Source: Selaginella moellendorffii (lineage: Eukaryota; Plantae; Lycopodiophyta). Taken from it: a DNA stretch of 64,000 nt. The stretch covers positions 1,565,548 to 1,629,547 of the forward strand of contig NW_003314304.1 of assembly GCF_000143415.4 (NCBI RefSeq), written 5' to 3'. The notes under the pieces are model-generated. The model did not search any database and was not told the origin of the DNA. It saw only the letters and a list, made by a program, of their open reading frames with translations. The stretch's first letter is position 1; the number at the start of each line of letters is the position of its first letter. Shown piece by piece: positions 25,650 to 39,532 of this stretch. A program made the position numbers and the translations under genes.

Positions 25650-28061
25650 GGTTGATATTGATGCGATCTAGGTAAGCAAAGCTCTGGCCAAAGACTCTCA
25701 ATCGTTTTCCTTTTTGTCAGGCTAAACTCCACGAGGAGAAAGCAAAGAAGAGCGAAATTCATGTCGATGAGAATGTAGCAGCTCCTTCACCACAATGCAA
25801 TTGCTCTGTGCGTAAGAATTCGATTGAAATCTCCACTCTGGAAGCTCACATTCTCTAGAATTCTTCTTTTCTTGCGTTTCAGGTGACTGTAAATCCCGTC
25901 AAGGACACTGCGCATACCAATACAACATCGAGAAGAACGAGTGGAAGCCTGTCAAACTCTCCTCCCCCGAGAAGCGCTCACGAGGCGGTTGCGTGGAAAA
26001 ACTGGCTCTTCATTTTTGGTATGATGTATTTTTCCAGGACTTCTCTTGATTTTGGCAGTGTAGGTGGTGAATTCGGTTTCATCACTATAAGGTGTGTTTC
26101 TAGCTGACTTACAAGAGAGTTCTTGCAGGATTTATGGAGACTGGATTTAAACACAAATATCTGGCGGGAGCAGCTTCAACTAAAAGGCTGTCCAGGTGCT
26201 CGTTCCGGACATAGATTGGTATGTATTGCGCTTCTAAACATAATCTTTATTTTTTTTCTTTCTTGCCACATAAACATAAACTTATTCTATTTGGTGGATT
26301 TTATGACACGCTGAGGGAAGAAAGGTCGGCTGTTTCAGCAGTGTAGATGTTTAGTATTGAATTTTTGACACAGGTACTTCAATAATCTTTAAGTGCTGGA
26401 TTTAGACGATTATAAGGTTTGTTTCTGTCGCTCATCGTTCTTCCTTGTTTTTTAACAACTAAACTGATTTCCTTTTGCAGTGGCAAGAGATAAAACCCAA
26501 GCTTGGAGCTGCCTGGCCTTCAGCTGGAACTGGTTCTCAGCTTGCTGTTTATTTAGATGAGGTATTTGTCTACTAAAAGTTTAGTTTTGCGTGTTGTGAA
26601 CATTTTTTCTTTTCTAGATTTTCTTGTACGGTGGCTATTTCAAAGAGCCTGCCCCTGACAAAGATCAATCCGACAAAGGTGTAGTGCTCGCAGATATGTG
26701 GACGTTAGATCCACGGATTGGGAGTGGGACAAGGTTGGCTTGTTTTACATTCTCGTTTGGAGTTTTAGTTTTTCAATGTGTTTTGTGAAGGTGAAAAAAT
26801 CCGGTATGGCTCCTGGCCAAGAGCAGGATTTTTGTCCACATCTTGTTTGGTGGTGTAGTTGATGCTGATGAGTACGGTTTCAATGCATGCGTTGGAAAAA
26901 CTAATGTCTTTTGCAGGTGATTCCCTGCACAGCGTTTTTATGATCGAGATGTATATGCTTTCCAGATGGTTTGTATCTCGTCGATTTTTGTAAAAAATTA
27001 TCTAAACACCATCGCTCGCAGGTATCCTTTGGAGCTTCTCAAGCCAAAGAGCCTAAAGATTAAGGTATGGCAACCTGAGATTGTGTAGTGGTTAAGTGTG
27101 CATCCAAAGCAGAAGAAAGTGGTTGATCCAAATGTGGAAAATGCGTCTCAACGTTGAGCGTTCTGCTTGAAGGTTGTTGCCTGGTGGAAGAATGAATGCT
27201 GGAATGGTCGTTGGAAAGGATACTTTGTTTCTGTATGGAGGTATGAAAGAAGTCGGCAAAAAAAAAAATGACACGACGACCTTTCCTCGCTGGACCTTCG
27301 ATGTGTGGAAGTGCATTATTGAGGTTAGTATGATCGAGCCATCATCCAGCCTCATACTAATGTCTCAAGCAGGAAACACAAAGCGCGTGGATTGAAGCTA
27401 GTAAGGAGAAAGGCGAAACTGATGGTGACAACAGTGATGCTGGATCGATTAATAAAGGAAAAGACGAAGAGGACGATGACGAGGTAGTAAAAAAGAAGGA
27501 TGTAAGAAAACTTGTCGGTTTCCTTTTGTATTCTAGGATGCAGTGGAGTCACTGTGAAGAGGCAGCTGCTATTCTTAGGGGCGAAGGCAAAAAGCTGACA
27601 CAAAAAGCACGGAAATTAAAGATCGATCCGAGCTGGGCCTGGCTGATTCCCAACAAACACTTTTGGTGAGTGCTGATAGTAGTTCATCTTCCTGTTTTGT
27701 TATTGATTTGTCTTTCAGCCTGGAGAAACGCTGAGGGATTTTTTCTCTTGGACGATCATGTATTGGCAAATGGCACCTTACGATCACACCCAACACACTG
27801 GAAAGGTGACAACGCAGGTTTTCTTTCGCTCGTTCTTCATGCTCTATGCATCTATCAGGAGCTCAGGAAGGATGGATTTGACTTGGCAAAGACACGCTAC
27901 AGAGAACTTAAACCCGTCCTTGACAAGGTAAAGTGGTGTCTCAAGAAGGAATCCTCACAACAGCATTGTTTGATTTGCAGCTGGCGAGACTTGAAGCCGA
28001 CCACAACGCCGAAGAGGAGGCTACCAAACCTTCCAAAGAGCGCAGCAAGAAGAAACGATAA
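25650..28061 (+). pseudogene. KLHDC4-like: KLHDC4-like pseudogene, copy C (tandem to B; partner ROCO absent)
   Basis: Preceded by a remnant of the ROCO leader (gagtaaacttgtaaaagtgaacc, 25620-25642). Same exons and shared stop. Native-looking end aagaaacgataa. Confidence 0.85.
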
Positions 28062-28225
28062 GGTCCGCGAAAGTTCTAGCTGAAAATTAAATGAATAGAT
28101 TACAGTTATTCCCAGAGGTATGGTGAGTGCTTTCCTTTTACAATCTCTGCGTCGCATCATCAATGGTGATAGAAGGTTAATTAATAACGACGATCCGAAT
28201 GCATGAAATGGATATCCTGCTCTTA

Positions 28226-29354
28226 CCCAGGATAAAGTTTATATTTCCATGATTGCTCGCAGAGTGTATGGGCCTGAGATATGCCATGGCTTGCTTTCGG
28301 TTGCCTTTCGTAAAATGCAGAGTGAACACTCTCTCTACGCGGTCCATAAACTTTACTACCTGGAGTGCATTGGAGCAATGAAATTCCATCAGCAAGACCC
28401 TCAAAGGAAAATTTCTTCACACCTTGTCCGACGTTGCAAAGTGAGAGTTTTCGACCATCTTGAGGTAACTGCCAGACTCCAGTCACCTGAAAATTTAAAA
28501 AACCTTTTTAGAAGTCTGCAGTAATTTTCCATTTTCCATAAGTACCTTGTCATATTTCTTGCGGATCTTGACGAATGCCATCATGTTCAAGGAGCTGCCA
28601 AGTAAGTTTTCAACACTTTGAGAACATGGATCAATCGTGTAGAGGTCATTCACCTGAAGTTTCTTAGGAGTCGATGCCCACGATAAAATTCGACAAAGGC
28701 CGTCTGGAGGATCTTGGCTGCTCGCTGAACCTTTCCTTTGTTGCCGGGCTCCCCTTCAAGCTCTGAGATTCGTCATCTACAACATGGCAGAGATCAAACG
28801 ATTCCAAGTTAAGTGCTACAGATTTAGAGGCTGCTATAACGAACCTTGCATAGCGATGACCTCTTCCATTTGGATGTGAAGTTGCCGTGCTTGAGCATCG
28901 TACTCGTCTTCCTTGCATCTAAAAAACTTGTCCACTTTGTTGAGCTGATCGTCAAGGCCGAAAAAGAAGCTCTTTTCGTGATCCGATCGAGTTCCAAACA
29001 GCTCCGTCTCGTAAAAATCCTCGTCATCTCCAATTCTCGTCTTGTGCACAACCTGATCGTATTGAAGTGTTTTGTTTTGTCTTTACAGTCCAGAACATCC
29101 ATGGACGTTTCCGAGGATATGGATTGTTCGCAGCAGCTGCTCAGGATGGCGCTGGGATTTTGCAGCAAGTTTTCAAGCTTGCTCTTGTCAACCGAGAAGA
29201 CATTTGGATCGAACACCTTGTGCTGCTGGTTCTTGGTATGTAGGATCTGGGTTTTGATTCTCTTGACAACTTTCTTGAGCTGCTTGTAGTCGCAGTACTT
29301 CACCCGCCACTCTGGGACGAGCTGGCCCTCCAGCTGCTTCTGGAACTTCACCAT
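28226..29354 (-). pseudogene. PHO1-like: PHO1-family 5' fragment (SPX domain exons, no EXS), disrupted
   Basis: MVKFQKQLEGQLVPEWRVKYCDYKQLKK, FFFGLDDQLNKVDKFF, SLNMMAFVKIRKKYDK, SYLKMVENSHFATSDK, VVKFMDRVERVF..KQAMAYLRP. Intron-1 donor deleted and 1-bp frameshift in exon 3. Confidence 0.85.
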
Positions 29355-30319
29355 GTCTGAAAGCTTGGATTACCTGAGGCGAACATCGTCAGGAAAACGA
29401 TCAAGCAAGAGATGAAATACCTGGAGGAAATGGTGTCAAGTTCAGAATGCCTCTTCAAACTTTTCTGGCGCCTGTGCTCTGGAAGAACAGTGGCAGTGAG
29501 CATATGACGAGACAAATGGTGGCGTGGAATCATCAAATGCATTGTGCTGGGGAGGAGCACCACCAATTCTCACAAGAAAACAGCGTCTTAAGATCATCTC
29601 TGGAAAAAAGGGGGAAAACCTTCGTTTCTCACCGAGGCCAACGAACAATTACATAAGAATACGTTTTCCCGAGTGAAACTGACGCGGCAGAGTGCAAGAG
29701 GAGAGAAAAAGCAAGCGATCCATTGGCCTATGGAACTAAAAAAGGAAGCAAAAGGACAGGGAATGCAGGGGAATCTACATGAAAAGAAGCTGTCATAAGT
29801 TACACACTTCCACACACTCTCGCACACTTCAACTCTTTTCTTGTCAACACGAGTAATTTATGCGAGCGAAAGGGAATGAAAGAATCATTTGAGCATCTAA
29901 AGCATGGAAGGAAGCGAGGCACGTACTCTTTCTGGAAATCACGCTTATGGAGCGTTTTGTTTCGTCGGAGTCCCGATTGCTGGCGCAACCAAACTGAAAG
30001 AATCGCAAGCTCAGAACTACGAAAGCAAAGAAAAAACTTACTCTTGAAAGGGGACGAAGAGGAGAAGAATAACCGAAGGAGCCAAGCTTGGAATCGAGAG
30101 AGCTTGTCGAGTTCTCGAGGTGAGAGGCCTTTGCTCACTCAAAAACTTGGAGCCTTCTCTCCTTCTGCGAGAGGAAGAGGGAGCGGGGGGAGTTTGCAAT
30201 GAAGGTGGTGGTCGCATTTTATACTCTGGTTGGCCGACTAGAGACACACAAGACATGGAAGAATTGAAGCTGACTTTTTAGATCTAAAAAGGTCTAAAAA
30301 GGTCTAAAAAGGTCTGAAA

Positions 30320-30974
30320 GCGGCGACGCCACCCCTTTCTCCAGCGGGTACCTCCGCTGGGGTGGATCGCAGTGCTGCATTAGCGCCGAGAGAAGCGATT
30401 CGAGGGTGGTGTCCTGGAGCTCCTGGAGAGTGTGTGGCGTCGGGGCGGCGGCGGTGAGCTGGCCAGCGCCTCCGCCTCGTACTTGGCCATGGCGGCGGGG
30501 CCGTTCCGATCGAAGCGGACCTTCTCCTTTCACTGTTGTCGCTGGCGCCGCTCACTAGCTTGCCCTTCTCGGGGATGATGCCATAGACGAATCCTTGGGC
30601 TTTGCAGACCTCCATGAGCATCGCGTCCTGGGCTCACGACATCTTCTTCCGCCGGGCTTGCTCCTGGGATTGCTTGTGCTTGGGGAGATTGCCCAGATTC
30701 TGGTGCTGCGCTGCTGGGCTGCCCATGGCTGCTGTGATTCGAGTGATTCGAGGAGAATGCGTTGTTGACCCTGGCCTTTTGCTCGTCCTTGATCCGCTTG
30801 AGTCACAGCCGATCGTTCGAAATCCTCTTCTCCAGCTCGTCCACGTTCCATGTCGTCGTCAATGAAATCCTCGTGATCCTGGACGACCGCCTCGCCCAGG
30901 CCTCCATCGTTGTCTCCCACAAGATCCACGTCCAGGCCATAGTAGAGATCCGGGTCGCCGCCGTGGAGCTCCAT
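30320..30974 (-). pseudogene. EIN3-like: EIN3/EIL transcription factor N-terminal fragment, disrupted
   Basis: [90 protein letters not shown], spread over several frames. Confidence 0.9.
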
Positions 30975-31468
30975 CTTGCGGAGGAAATATTTCGAGCGCG
31001 CGCTGCCGAGAGGAGGGAATATTTCGGAGCGATTACCTCCAATTCGCCATGGAAAGCCGAGGATCGAATGGGAAAAGCGAGGAAGATCACGGGAAGCAGA
31101 GAGAAAGAAGGAAAAAGCTCGATTCAACGCGAGCCCCTTGTGTGATTACCTAGCTCCATCATTGCCCCGTCGACGCGCGCTGCGCTCGCCGATCGCGCCC
31201 GTGACACAGTGGCGCAGCCTTCAAATTCGACACATTGCCCGGGCAAGCGTCACAATCCCAATGCCGCCACCGCTGCGAGGCGCTGCCAACACGATCAACG
31301 AGAATCGATGCCCTAGCGCATCAAGATCCCCGCTTTGCTCGGCGAGAGAGTGAAGAGGAAAGGCGCGGCGCCCCTCGCCATAGCCAACTACTAGCTAATA
31401 GCTATCCATCCAATAGCCGTACAATTCCCCCAGGTCGGGTTTATGACATGGAAGTCCACTGGCTTTTT

Positions 31469-31490
31469 GACACGTGGCACAGCTACGTGG
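31469..31490. promoter_or_regulatory. G-box/ABRE (GACACGTGGC) plus a second ACGTGG, ~500 bp upstream of the EIN3 fragment (also 49810-49819)
   Basis: Exact ABRE-type motif; function untested. Confidence 0.35.
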
Positions 31491-31636
31491 ACGCCCTTTT
31501 CAGCCCTTCCGGCTTACGGCCAATTTGGCTATCTGCCTCAAATTTAGCTAACCGGTTTGTTGCCAGATTTAGCAGCTCCCCGAATTTAATTCACTTTTGT
31601 CCAAGCTGCCAGTTTGTCGGAATCCAGTTTGGGTCA

Positions 31637-31785
31637 TAAAATGGACCACTGGGGGACACCGGGCTCGAACCCGGACCAGCGGATGCCGCGCCGCGCCGGA
31701 CTCGAGCCACGGACCGGCGGTCTCGTCGCCGGACTCGAACCCGCCACCGTACGCTCTACGCCTCCACCGCTACCATACGCCTCTC
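31637..31785 (-). ncRNA. Candidate tRNA-derived Pol III element (SINE-like): A-box plus three B-boxes; second copy ~49988-50125
   Basis: Minus strand: TGGTAGCGGTGG (31775-31764), GGTTCGAGTCC (31741-31731), GGCTCGAGTCC (31708-31698), GGTTCGAGCCC (31671-31661), then CCA-TTTT. No full cloverleaf. Confidence 0.4.
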
Positions 31786-32682
31786 TCTAGTTTATTATAC
31801 GCCTCCAATCCTTGGTAGTGCTTCCTCATGATCACCTCTACGTGACAACCAACGTACGTGGCGTACGACGTTTGAAACTCTATTCATTAGGCTTTGTTAA
31901 AGAGAATAAAAGAGAGAACGCCACTGTAGCTAAACCTAGAAATCAAAAACTAAGGGGACGACAATGCTAGTAGTTCTTCTTTTTTACATCGTGTCATTAT
32001 TGGTTTGACTCTATAGCTTAGATGCAACACCTTTTCCTCGGGGGGTACCCTAATAATATTCGCTGCCGGAGAATATTCCGGAATCGGCCCGGGCAGCCCC
32101 CCCTTTAGCTCCCCATGTGTGGCCTTTGTTTTTGTTGCCAGCCAAAGAAAACACATAGAAAGTTTGAAGGAGAGAGAGAGAGCGCAAAAATCTGAGAGGA
32201 GAGAAGGAAATGGCACTGGCTTTGATTGACTTTGCCGCGCTCCACTTCTTTGATCCCTCCATCTCCATCTCGTCCTTTTTCTTTTTCTACTTGGACTCGG
32301 ACGATTCGATCCATGTCATGTTTCGCTCGAAGTCGATGGATCACTGCCCGATCACTCCACCACTTCTTGTCGACTGGAAAAGTCTTTAAATTCCTCTCGC
32401 TGATGCGATCAGCACGGCATTAGCCTGAGATCAAGGCCGCGGACCATCCAGCAAAGTCTAAGCTTTTTGCCAAGGATGTGACAAGCTAACGTGTTGTCCA
32501 GAGCGCTTACAGGTTCCATTGTTTTTTCCATGACAATTCTTTTTCCTCTGGCGACCGGCACGAAAGTCGTCCGAAGCAACCCAAACTGGAAACAAGATAC
32601 ATGCCCAGTTTCTCGGACAGATTTCTTCAAGCCCGGCAGCACACGGAAGACGAAGAAATTCGTTATAAAATCCACGAGCAAG

Positions 32683-32726
<44 letters not shown>

Positions 32727-34526
32727 AAGAACTTTGCCAAGCCCAAAGTCGTTGATGTTAAGCTAGGCCGTGCTTGAAGCGCGTGATGATGATCATGAAA
32801 GTTCCTGTCGAGATGCTCGGTGGATTCTCCGTGTCTCCAGCTAGAGACTTATCGATCAATCCACAGTGTGCGGCAGCCGTCGTTTCGCTCGATCGCTCCC
32901 TCGTTTGCAAAAGCTCGGACTTGACGATCCTTCTCTTTCTGCCATGGATTCCTCCATGAAGAGACCACCGAGCCAAGTTGCGAGAGTGAGGTTAAGCTGT
33001 AGTGATCTTACGGACATCCTCTTTTTGGATTGCTTCCTTTTTTACTCCGCGTATCGTATTGACACTGTTGTAGAAGAAACAAACGAGTTTTGGAGGTAGC
33101 AACTTCCCTTCCATTTGATTGATACATGAAGAACAAGACATCGCTTGCAAGTGGAAGATCACACGGGAGATGTTTGGAGTCAAACTGGAACTTTCGTGAT
33201 TGTTACGAGCACCTCCCCTGAATCCAGCACCACACTATCTATCTGGTAATGTTTCAAAACGAGTAAACTAATCAGTGTTTGGGAATGAATGTTTGTGCTG
33301 CTTGGCCACTTGCACTGCGGCAGTAGAGGAGGATGTTTTGCGGCAACTATACCCGACTAAATCGAAGTACTTTAATTGCAATTTGCAAGATCACAAGTAC
33401 TAGTCCTGAAGAAAAACAGCGAGATGTGCTTATAATCAAGGCATTCTTGCAACGCAAGTGGAAATTCACTATGTTTACCTGGGCTTTCCGAGGATGCTTC
33501 ATCTGAATCGCATAGTGTCACCCTGCCATATGAAAAAGACAAGAGAAAAATTCTTATTCACTAGAGTTTGGCAATTTTACTCTAGTTACTACAATTTTTC
33601 CATTGTTGATACTCATTGTAGCTTCATTCAACTCCACACTTTTTTACTTGATTAGAGATGTAAAGTTTTGTGTCATGTTCTAGAATTTTGTCTATAGTTA
33701 CAAAACCACAAGCTTATCCATAAATGGATTGATATTACTATAAACAATTAAAGAAAACAACTTGAAAGACGATCAATAGGGTTCAAATATAGAGGGAAAT
33801 GGCTCATGAATAAAAATACATTTTATTTTTCAAATGTATTTATTTTTTCAATTGGTTAAAGGTTTTGGGATATTTGGGGTTAAGTGTCTCTCGGTTGGGT
33901 GACTTCCCGGGAATTTCAAATTTAAGAGTTTATAATTACTTCAATGCAAAGGTATAATTTCAACTTCTTTCTCTTCCTTTCAGCTTCTTTTCTTTGCTTT
34001 TCAATATGTAGTGAGTGAAATGCTTTCACTCATAAGTTTTTCATAGATGAGTGAATAAAACTTAATTAACTCTTATAACCTATTTTTCCAAAGTTACATT
34101 TAAGATGGCTAAGTGAGCAGTGTGACGTGCTCTTACAACCAAGTGAATAGTTTCTTAACTTATGCTAATCAAAATTTGCTCACAGATATAATATAAAATA
34201 GGTGGGGATGCAATAAATTTATTCATTTCTCTCCTTGAGAAAAATCATTCTTTTACTTCTTGTTAAATATATAGTTTTTGATTGTGATGTTCTTCACTTT
34301 TTTTGAAGGGTGCAACATATACTCCCTTAGTCAAAGATGCAGTTGTTGATTCCATGTTATAGGTAAAAATTTGATAATTAAAATTGTTGCAAGTTTCAAT
34401 ATTAATTTTGGGACCAACTTCTAAAGTTTTACCAAGATTATTTTAAATTAATAAATTCAAAACTTTTTCTTGACAATCATGAGAAGTCAACACTTCAAGT
34501 TAGAAATATCACCAAAGTTAACTTTA

Positions 34527-35008
34527 ACCATATAATATCCAATCTCATTACAACCAAAATGTGGCTTAGATTATTCAATAGCAATCCAAACACTTAACCA
34601 TATTCATCACTTGGAGATGTAATGATAATTATCAATAGTTTGCTTTAGATATGGCTTTCCAAGGAATTGTTCTCCTAAAAAACAATGGCTTACTACTTTT
34701 ATTCACAATCTTGAAAATTATGCCTTTTATAGGAAACGATGTAAATACAACATACATGATACTTGGAACCATATAATATCCAATCTCATTACAACCAAAA
34801 TGTGGCTAAAATTATTCATTAGCAATCCAAACACTTAACCATATTCATCACTTGGAGATGTAATGATAATTATCAACAGCTTGCTTTAGATATTGCTTTC
34901 CAAGGAATTGTTCTCCTAAAAAACAATGGCTTACTACTTTTATTCACAATCTTGAAAATTATGGCTTTTATAGGAAACGATGTAAATACAACATACATGA
35001 TACTTGGA
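34527..35008. repeat. ~240-bp direct tandem duplication within the spacer
   Basis: aaccatataatatccaatctcattac at 34527 and 34767. Confidence 0.9.
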
Positions 35009-36335
35009 AACTACAAATTTGAAAGATAAGTTTTTTCTCAAAACTCTTTAGATATTATTTATGGTTTTCTTGGAGAAATGTCATACAAGTATGTATCACC
35101 TTTGCAAAATATGCAAATCTACAGTAATAACATCCTCTATTTATAATACTTATTTTGAGAATGTAGTCTCAACTCATCTCCAACATTTCAAATGCAACCA
35201 CTTATCCTATTATTCTTGTGATCACTACTCTTTGTTGATATCTTGGCTTTCAAAGATAATATATAAATCTCAAGTGGTATTTGGTTTGGATATTTTAGTT
35301 AGTCCAAAGGTGCTACTCTCACTCTTATTACTTTTGGAGCATAAAATCCAAGTATTCTTTCTCTTGCTTTTTTATCTTTGTAATACAAACATTGAATCTA
35401 AAATTAAGTGGTCACTTGGTAAATACTTAGTACCACAAGGCATTCATAAATGTTTCCATATTAGATATGAAAATGAAATGCAATCCATTGTTGATATTTA
35501 AGGAGAAGCTATCAATTTTACATAAGGTTACTAACAACTTTGGTGGTATGGTAAACAACTTCTTGCGAGTGAGATTTGTAGAATGTAAGTTTTGTAAATG
35601 ATGCATAGCTGAAAATAATTATAAGAAAAGCTACAATTTTTTTATACCCCTGGCAGCGGTTAGGTGAATTTCTTTTGTGTTTGGATTGTTTTACTCAACT
35701 TACTTGTACAAGCACTAACAAAGCTCTCCTTCAAAAGCAAAAGAGGAAACTCTTGAGATTGTCCAACTGTAAAGAGCAACAAAATGAACTATAAATTTAT
35801 AATAACATTTTGCCCAATCTCGACAAAACCATTAATAAATCAAAGTTTTAGCCAAATGTTCATCTATACTTGATAATTTAACTCCACTCAATCAATACAT
35901 AAAGCCCTAAGTTGGACAATGTATTTTTTATCAAGCTGGTCCTCTTTAACAAGTTCCATATATAAATAATATAGTGACTTACCCTTTCTTCTTTTGTAAG
36001 TTATTGTCTAAAAAGAGTTTATTTCAAATTCACTTATATCTTTCTCTTGAGAAATTACTTAGCTTGGCATAAAATATTAGCAACCCAATACTAAATACTA
36101 GCCTAAAAATTTGAGAAAAACATATAAACTAGTATATTAATGATAATTTGAAGCTTTTTCTTGCCAATTTACAAGGTATAATAAATGATTGAGATGTTGG
36201 TTCTCTAGACAAGGATGAGATAAAGATTGGGAGTGAGCTTATGCAAACATCTCTAAGCCAAACTTCTTCATTTGGCTCATAAACTTGGTTGAGTTTGCAA
36301 ACGTTTTGATACAGTTTATTTTTGAATTTTTGCTT

Positions 36336-37740
36336 GTTATGGTAGTGGTGATCGCAACTATCACCATGCTTTCGGCATCTTTATAAATGGTTAAATTTTT
36401 TTTACTTTAGGATCATCTAAAGGAGTCTCACTCATAATCTCTATAAGCCCTGATATTAATTTGGGTGTTTGTTAACTTTAAGATGTGCTCTTGTAACCAC
36501 ATCAACTTTGCACTTAGTCTACATGCTCTATGTGTCCAATTCCACTTTTAGATACCCAAATGGCTAGATAACCTTTTATGAAGTCCAAATTTTAAAACTT
36601 ATATTTGGTATTAGAGAAATCTAAGGTGTGACTCTATTAGTTGATTAAAGAAATCACACCATATGTTAAAATTGATATTTAATAAGTTTAATTTACTCCA
36701 ATTTCAACTCAAGGGGTAGGGTGTTAAAAGAGCGGGGCTCTTAGAAAAGCTGCAACTTTCAACTTCCATTTATGAAAGCGTGAACTTGCAAAAAAGCATG
36801 ATGGATTATAAACAACCAAAAATAATAACTTAAAAAATTATTAATATTGTTTTAAATATAAAAATGTACCCTTTGTTCCAATTAGTTATAAATCATAGGT
36901 TATTTGAGATTAAGCATCTTTAAATAGTATTGGGTTAGATGACCTTCTAGAAAGCCTAGATTCAGGAGATTATAGTGCCATAAATAATATAAGTTAAACT
37001 TTGTAAAGAACCTAGCAAAAAAGATAACAATTTAAAATTAAATTGTCATTTTTGTTATGGTAGTGGTGATCGCATGCTTTCGGCATCTTTATAAATGATT
37101 AATTTTTTTTTACTTTAGGATCATTTAAAGGAGTCTCACTCATAATCTCTATAAGCCCTAATATTAATTTGGGTGTTTGCTAACTTTAAAATGTGTTCTT
37201 GTAACCACATCAACTTTGTAATTGGTCTATGTGTCTAATTCCACTTTTGGATACCCAAATGGCTAAATAACCTTTTATGAAGTCCAAATTTAAAAACTTA
37301 TATTTGGTATTAGAGAAGTCTAAGGTGTGACTCTATTAGTTGATTAAAGAAATCACACCACATGTTAAGATTAATATTTAATAAGTTTAATTTACTCCAA
37401 TTTCAACTCAAAGGGTAGGGTGTTAAAAAAGCAGGGCTCTTAGAAGAGCTGCAACTTTCAACTTCCATTTATGAAAGCGTGAACTTGCAAAAACGCATGA
37501 TGGATTATAAACAACCAAAGATAATAACTTAAAAAATTATTAATATTGTTTTAAATATAGAAATGTACCTTTTGTTCCAATTAGTTATAAATCTTAGGTT
37601 ATTTGAGATTAAACATTTTTAAATAGTATTGGGTTAGATGACCTTCTAGAAAGCCTAAATTCAGGAGATTATCGTGCCATAAATAATATATATTAATGTT
37701 TGTAAAGAACCTAGCAAAAAAGAAAATAATTTAAAATTAA
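36336..37740. repeat. ~700-bp direct tandem duplication within the spacer
   Basis: gttatggtagtggtgatcgca..aatttaaaattaaa occurs twice (36336-37042 and 37054-37740). Confidence 0.9.
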
Positions 37741-39532
37741 ACAACCTTTTAAAAATGAAATATTTACTAGAATGTTCAAAATAAGTATTTAGAAAGCATT
37801 TTCATTAGAGCTACTCTCAAGTAACACTTGATGTGTTTCAAATGATTTCATAGTAAAAAATATCTTTATACTTCATTTTTAAAATAATTATAAATTTTGT
37901 TTAATACATATTTTGTATTTTGTAAAAGATGTCTACAGACACTCAAAAACCTTTTGCTATTAAATTATTGTCATTCAAGCACTTGCTTATAATAGTTAAA
38001 GCACAATACAGTGTTTGGTTTTATGGGATGGCATATATATGTAATTGAGGAGAGTAAACAAATTTCTATATAGAGTTTAGTAAGTAAATGGAATTGTGAA
38101 CAATGATAATTTTCATAAGTCTTTAAACTGTAGTTTGTAACATATTTTAGCTAAACATTAATTTAAAGAATAAGTTGAAGTTGGTAAAGATAATATATAG
38201 TTATCTCCTACAATATGTGATGATAAATAATAATTAAGCACTTGTATTTAGTTTTGAAATGCATTACCTCAAAAGGTTTATTAATATTGATTAACTTCAT
38301 TCCTAGAATTGTTTTACCAAAGATGCCAAAATAAAAAATGCCACTAATATGAAATCATCTAAGTAGCTTTTCTTTAAAGCATTCAATACTAAAACATCAG
38401 AATAAATATAAAAATTATTTTAGAGCAATATCCAAAGATACCTCATCAACTTATATCAGGAAATATAGCATAATCATAGTGAAAATAACATTCTGGCATA
38501 GCTACAACAATATAGAGGACATTTGATTTATCATTGCCTTGCCAAATAGTCTCAAAAATCAATATAATTAATGATTTATTTTAAATACCCTACATAGTCT
38601 TTGTTAAATAAAACTAAAATCATAGATATATTTCAATGTAAAATACCTTTGTAAATCCATATTGTTTTATAATCCAAGGTTATAAGATGGATATTAAAAT
38701 ATTTGGTCATGATTGTCTTTTGGTCAATTTCTTTCACAATTTTAGTTTTCATATCGAAATGTCATTAATATGAAATCATTTGATGAGTTTTTCCTTCACT
38801 TTGATTATTAAAAATTCAACACTGAAATAAACTTGAAACATTAGAATAAACATGAAATAATATTTTAAAGCAATAATGTAAACTTACTTCATCAACTTTT
38901 CTTACAAAATATAGCCCAATCATTCCAAAGACATATAGTAATAATTATATAAAGTATGTTCATTTATCTTCATCTTTCCAAACTACCTCGTAAAAATATA
39001 TATTGATGATCTACTTTAGAATGGTGTTTGTTAGATAAAACTAAAAACTTAAATGTTAAATACCTTTGCAGATCCATATTTTTCTTTCATCCAGGATTAT
39101 GGGATGAAGAGCAAAATATATAATTAATGATTTACTTTAAATGCCTTACATAGCCTCTGTTAGATAAAACTAAAAGCATGGATATATTTCAATATAAAAT
39201 ACCTTTATAAATATATATTGTTTTATCATCCAAATTATGGGATAAAAAATAAAATATATGGTATCTTTTCCTTCTCTTAAAATATTAGATATTCAACACT
39301 GAAATAAACTTGAAACATTAAAATAAACAGGAAAGAATAATTTGGAGTTATAATACATACTTACCTCATTAACTTCAGCTACAAAATAGACCTGAATCAT
39401 ACCAAAGATATATAGTAATAACTATGTAAAGCATATTTATTTACCTTCGTTTTGTTAAACCACCTCATAAAAATATAGATTAATGATCTGCTTTAGAATG
39501 GTGTTTGTTAAATAAAATAAAAAACTTAAATG

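Noticed and set aside
31637-31785. Genuine tRNA gene
   Set aside because: No acceptor or anticodon stems and short A-B spacing. Kept only as a tRNA-derived candidate.
31780-31800. Helitron 3' end (CTAG|T)
   Set aside because: No convincing subterminal hairpin, and homology between the two copies continues past it.
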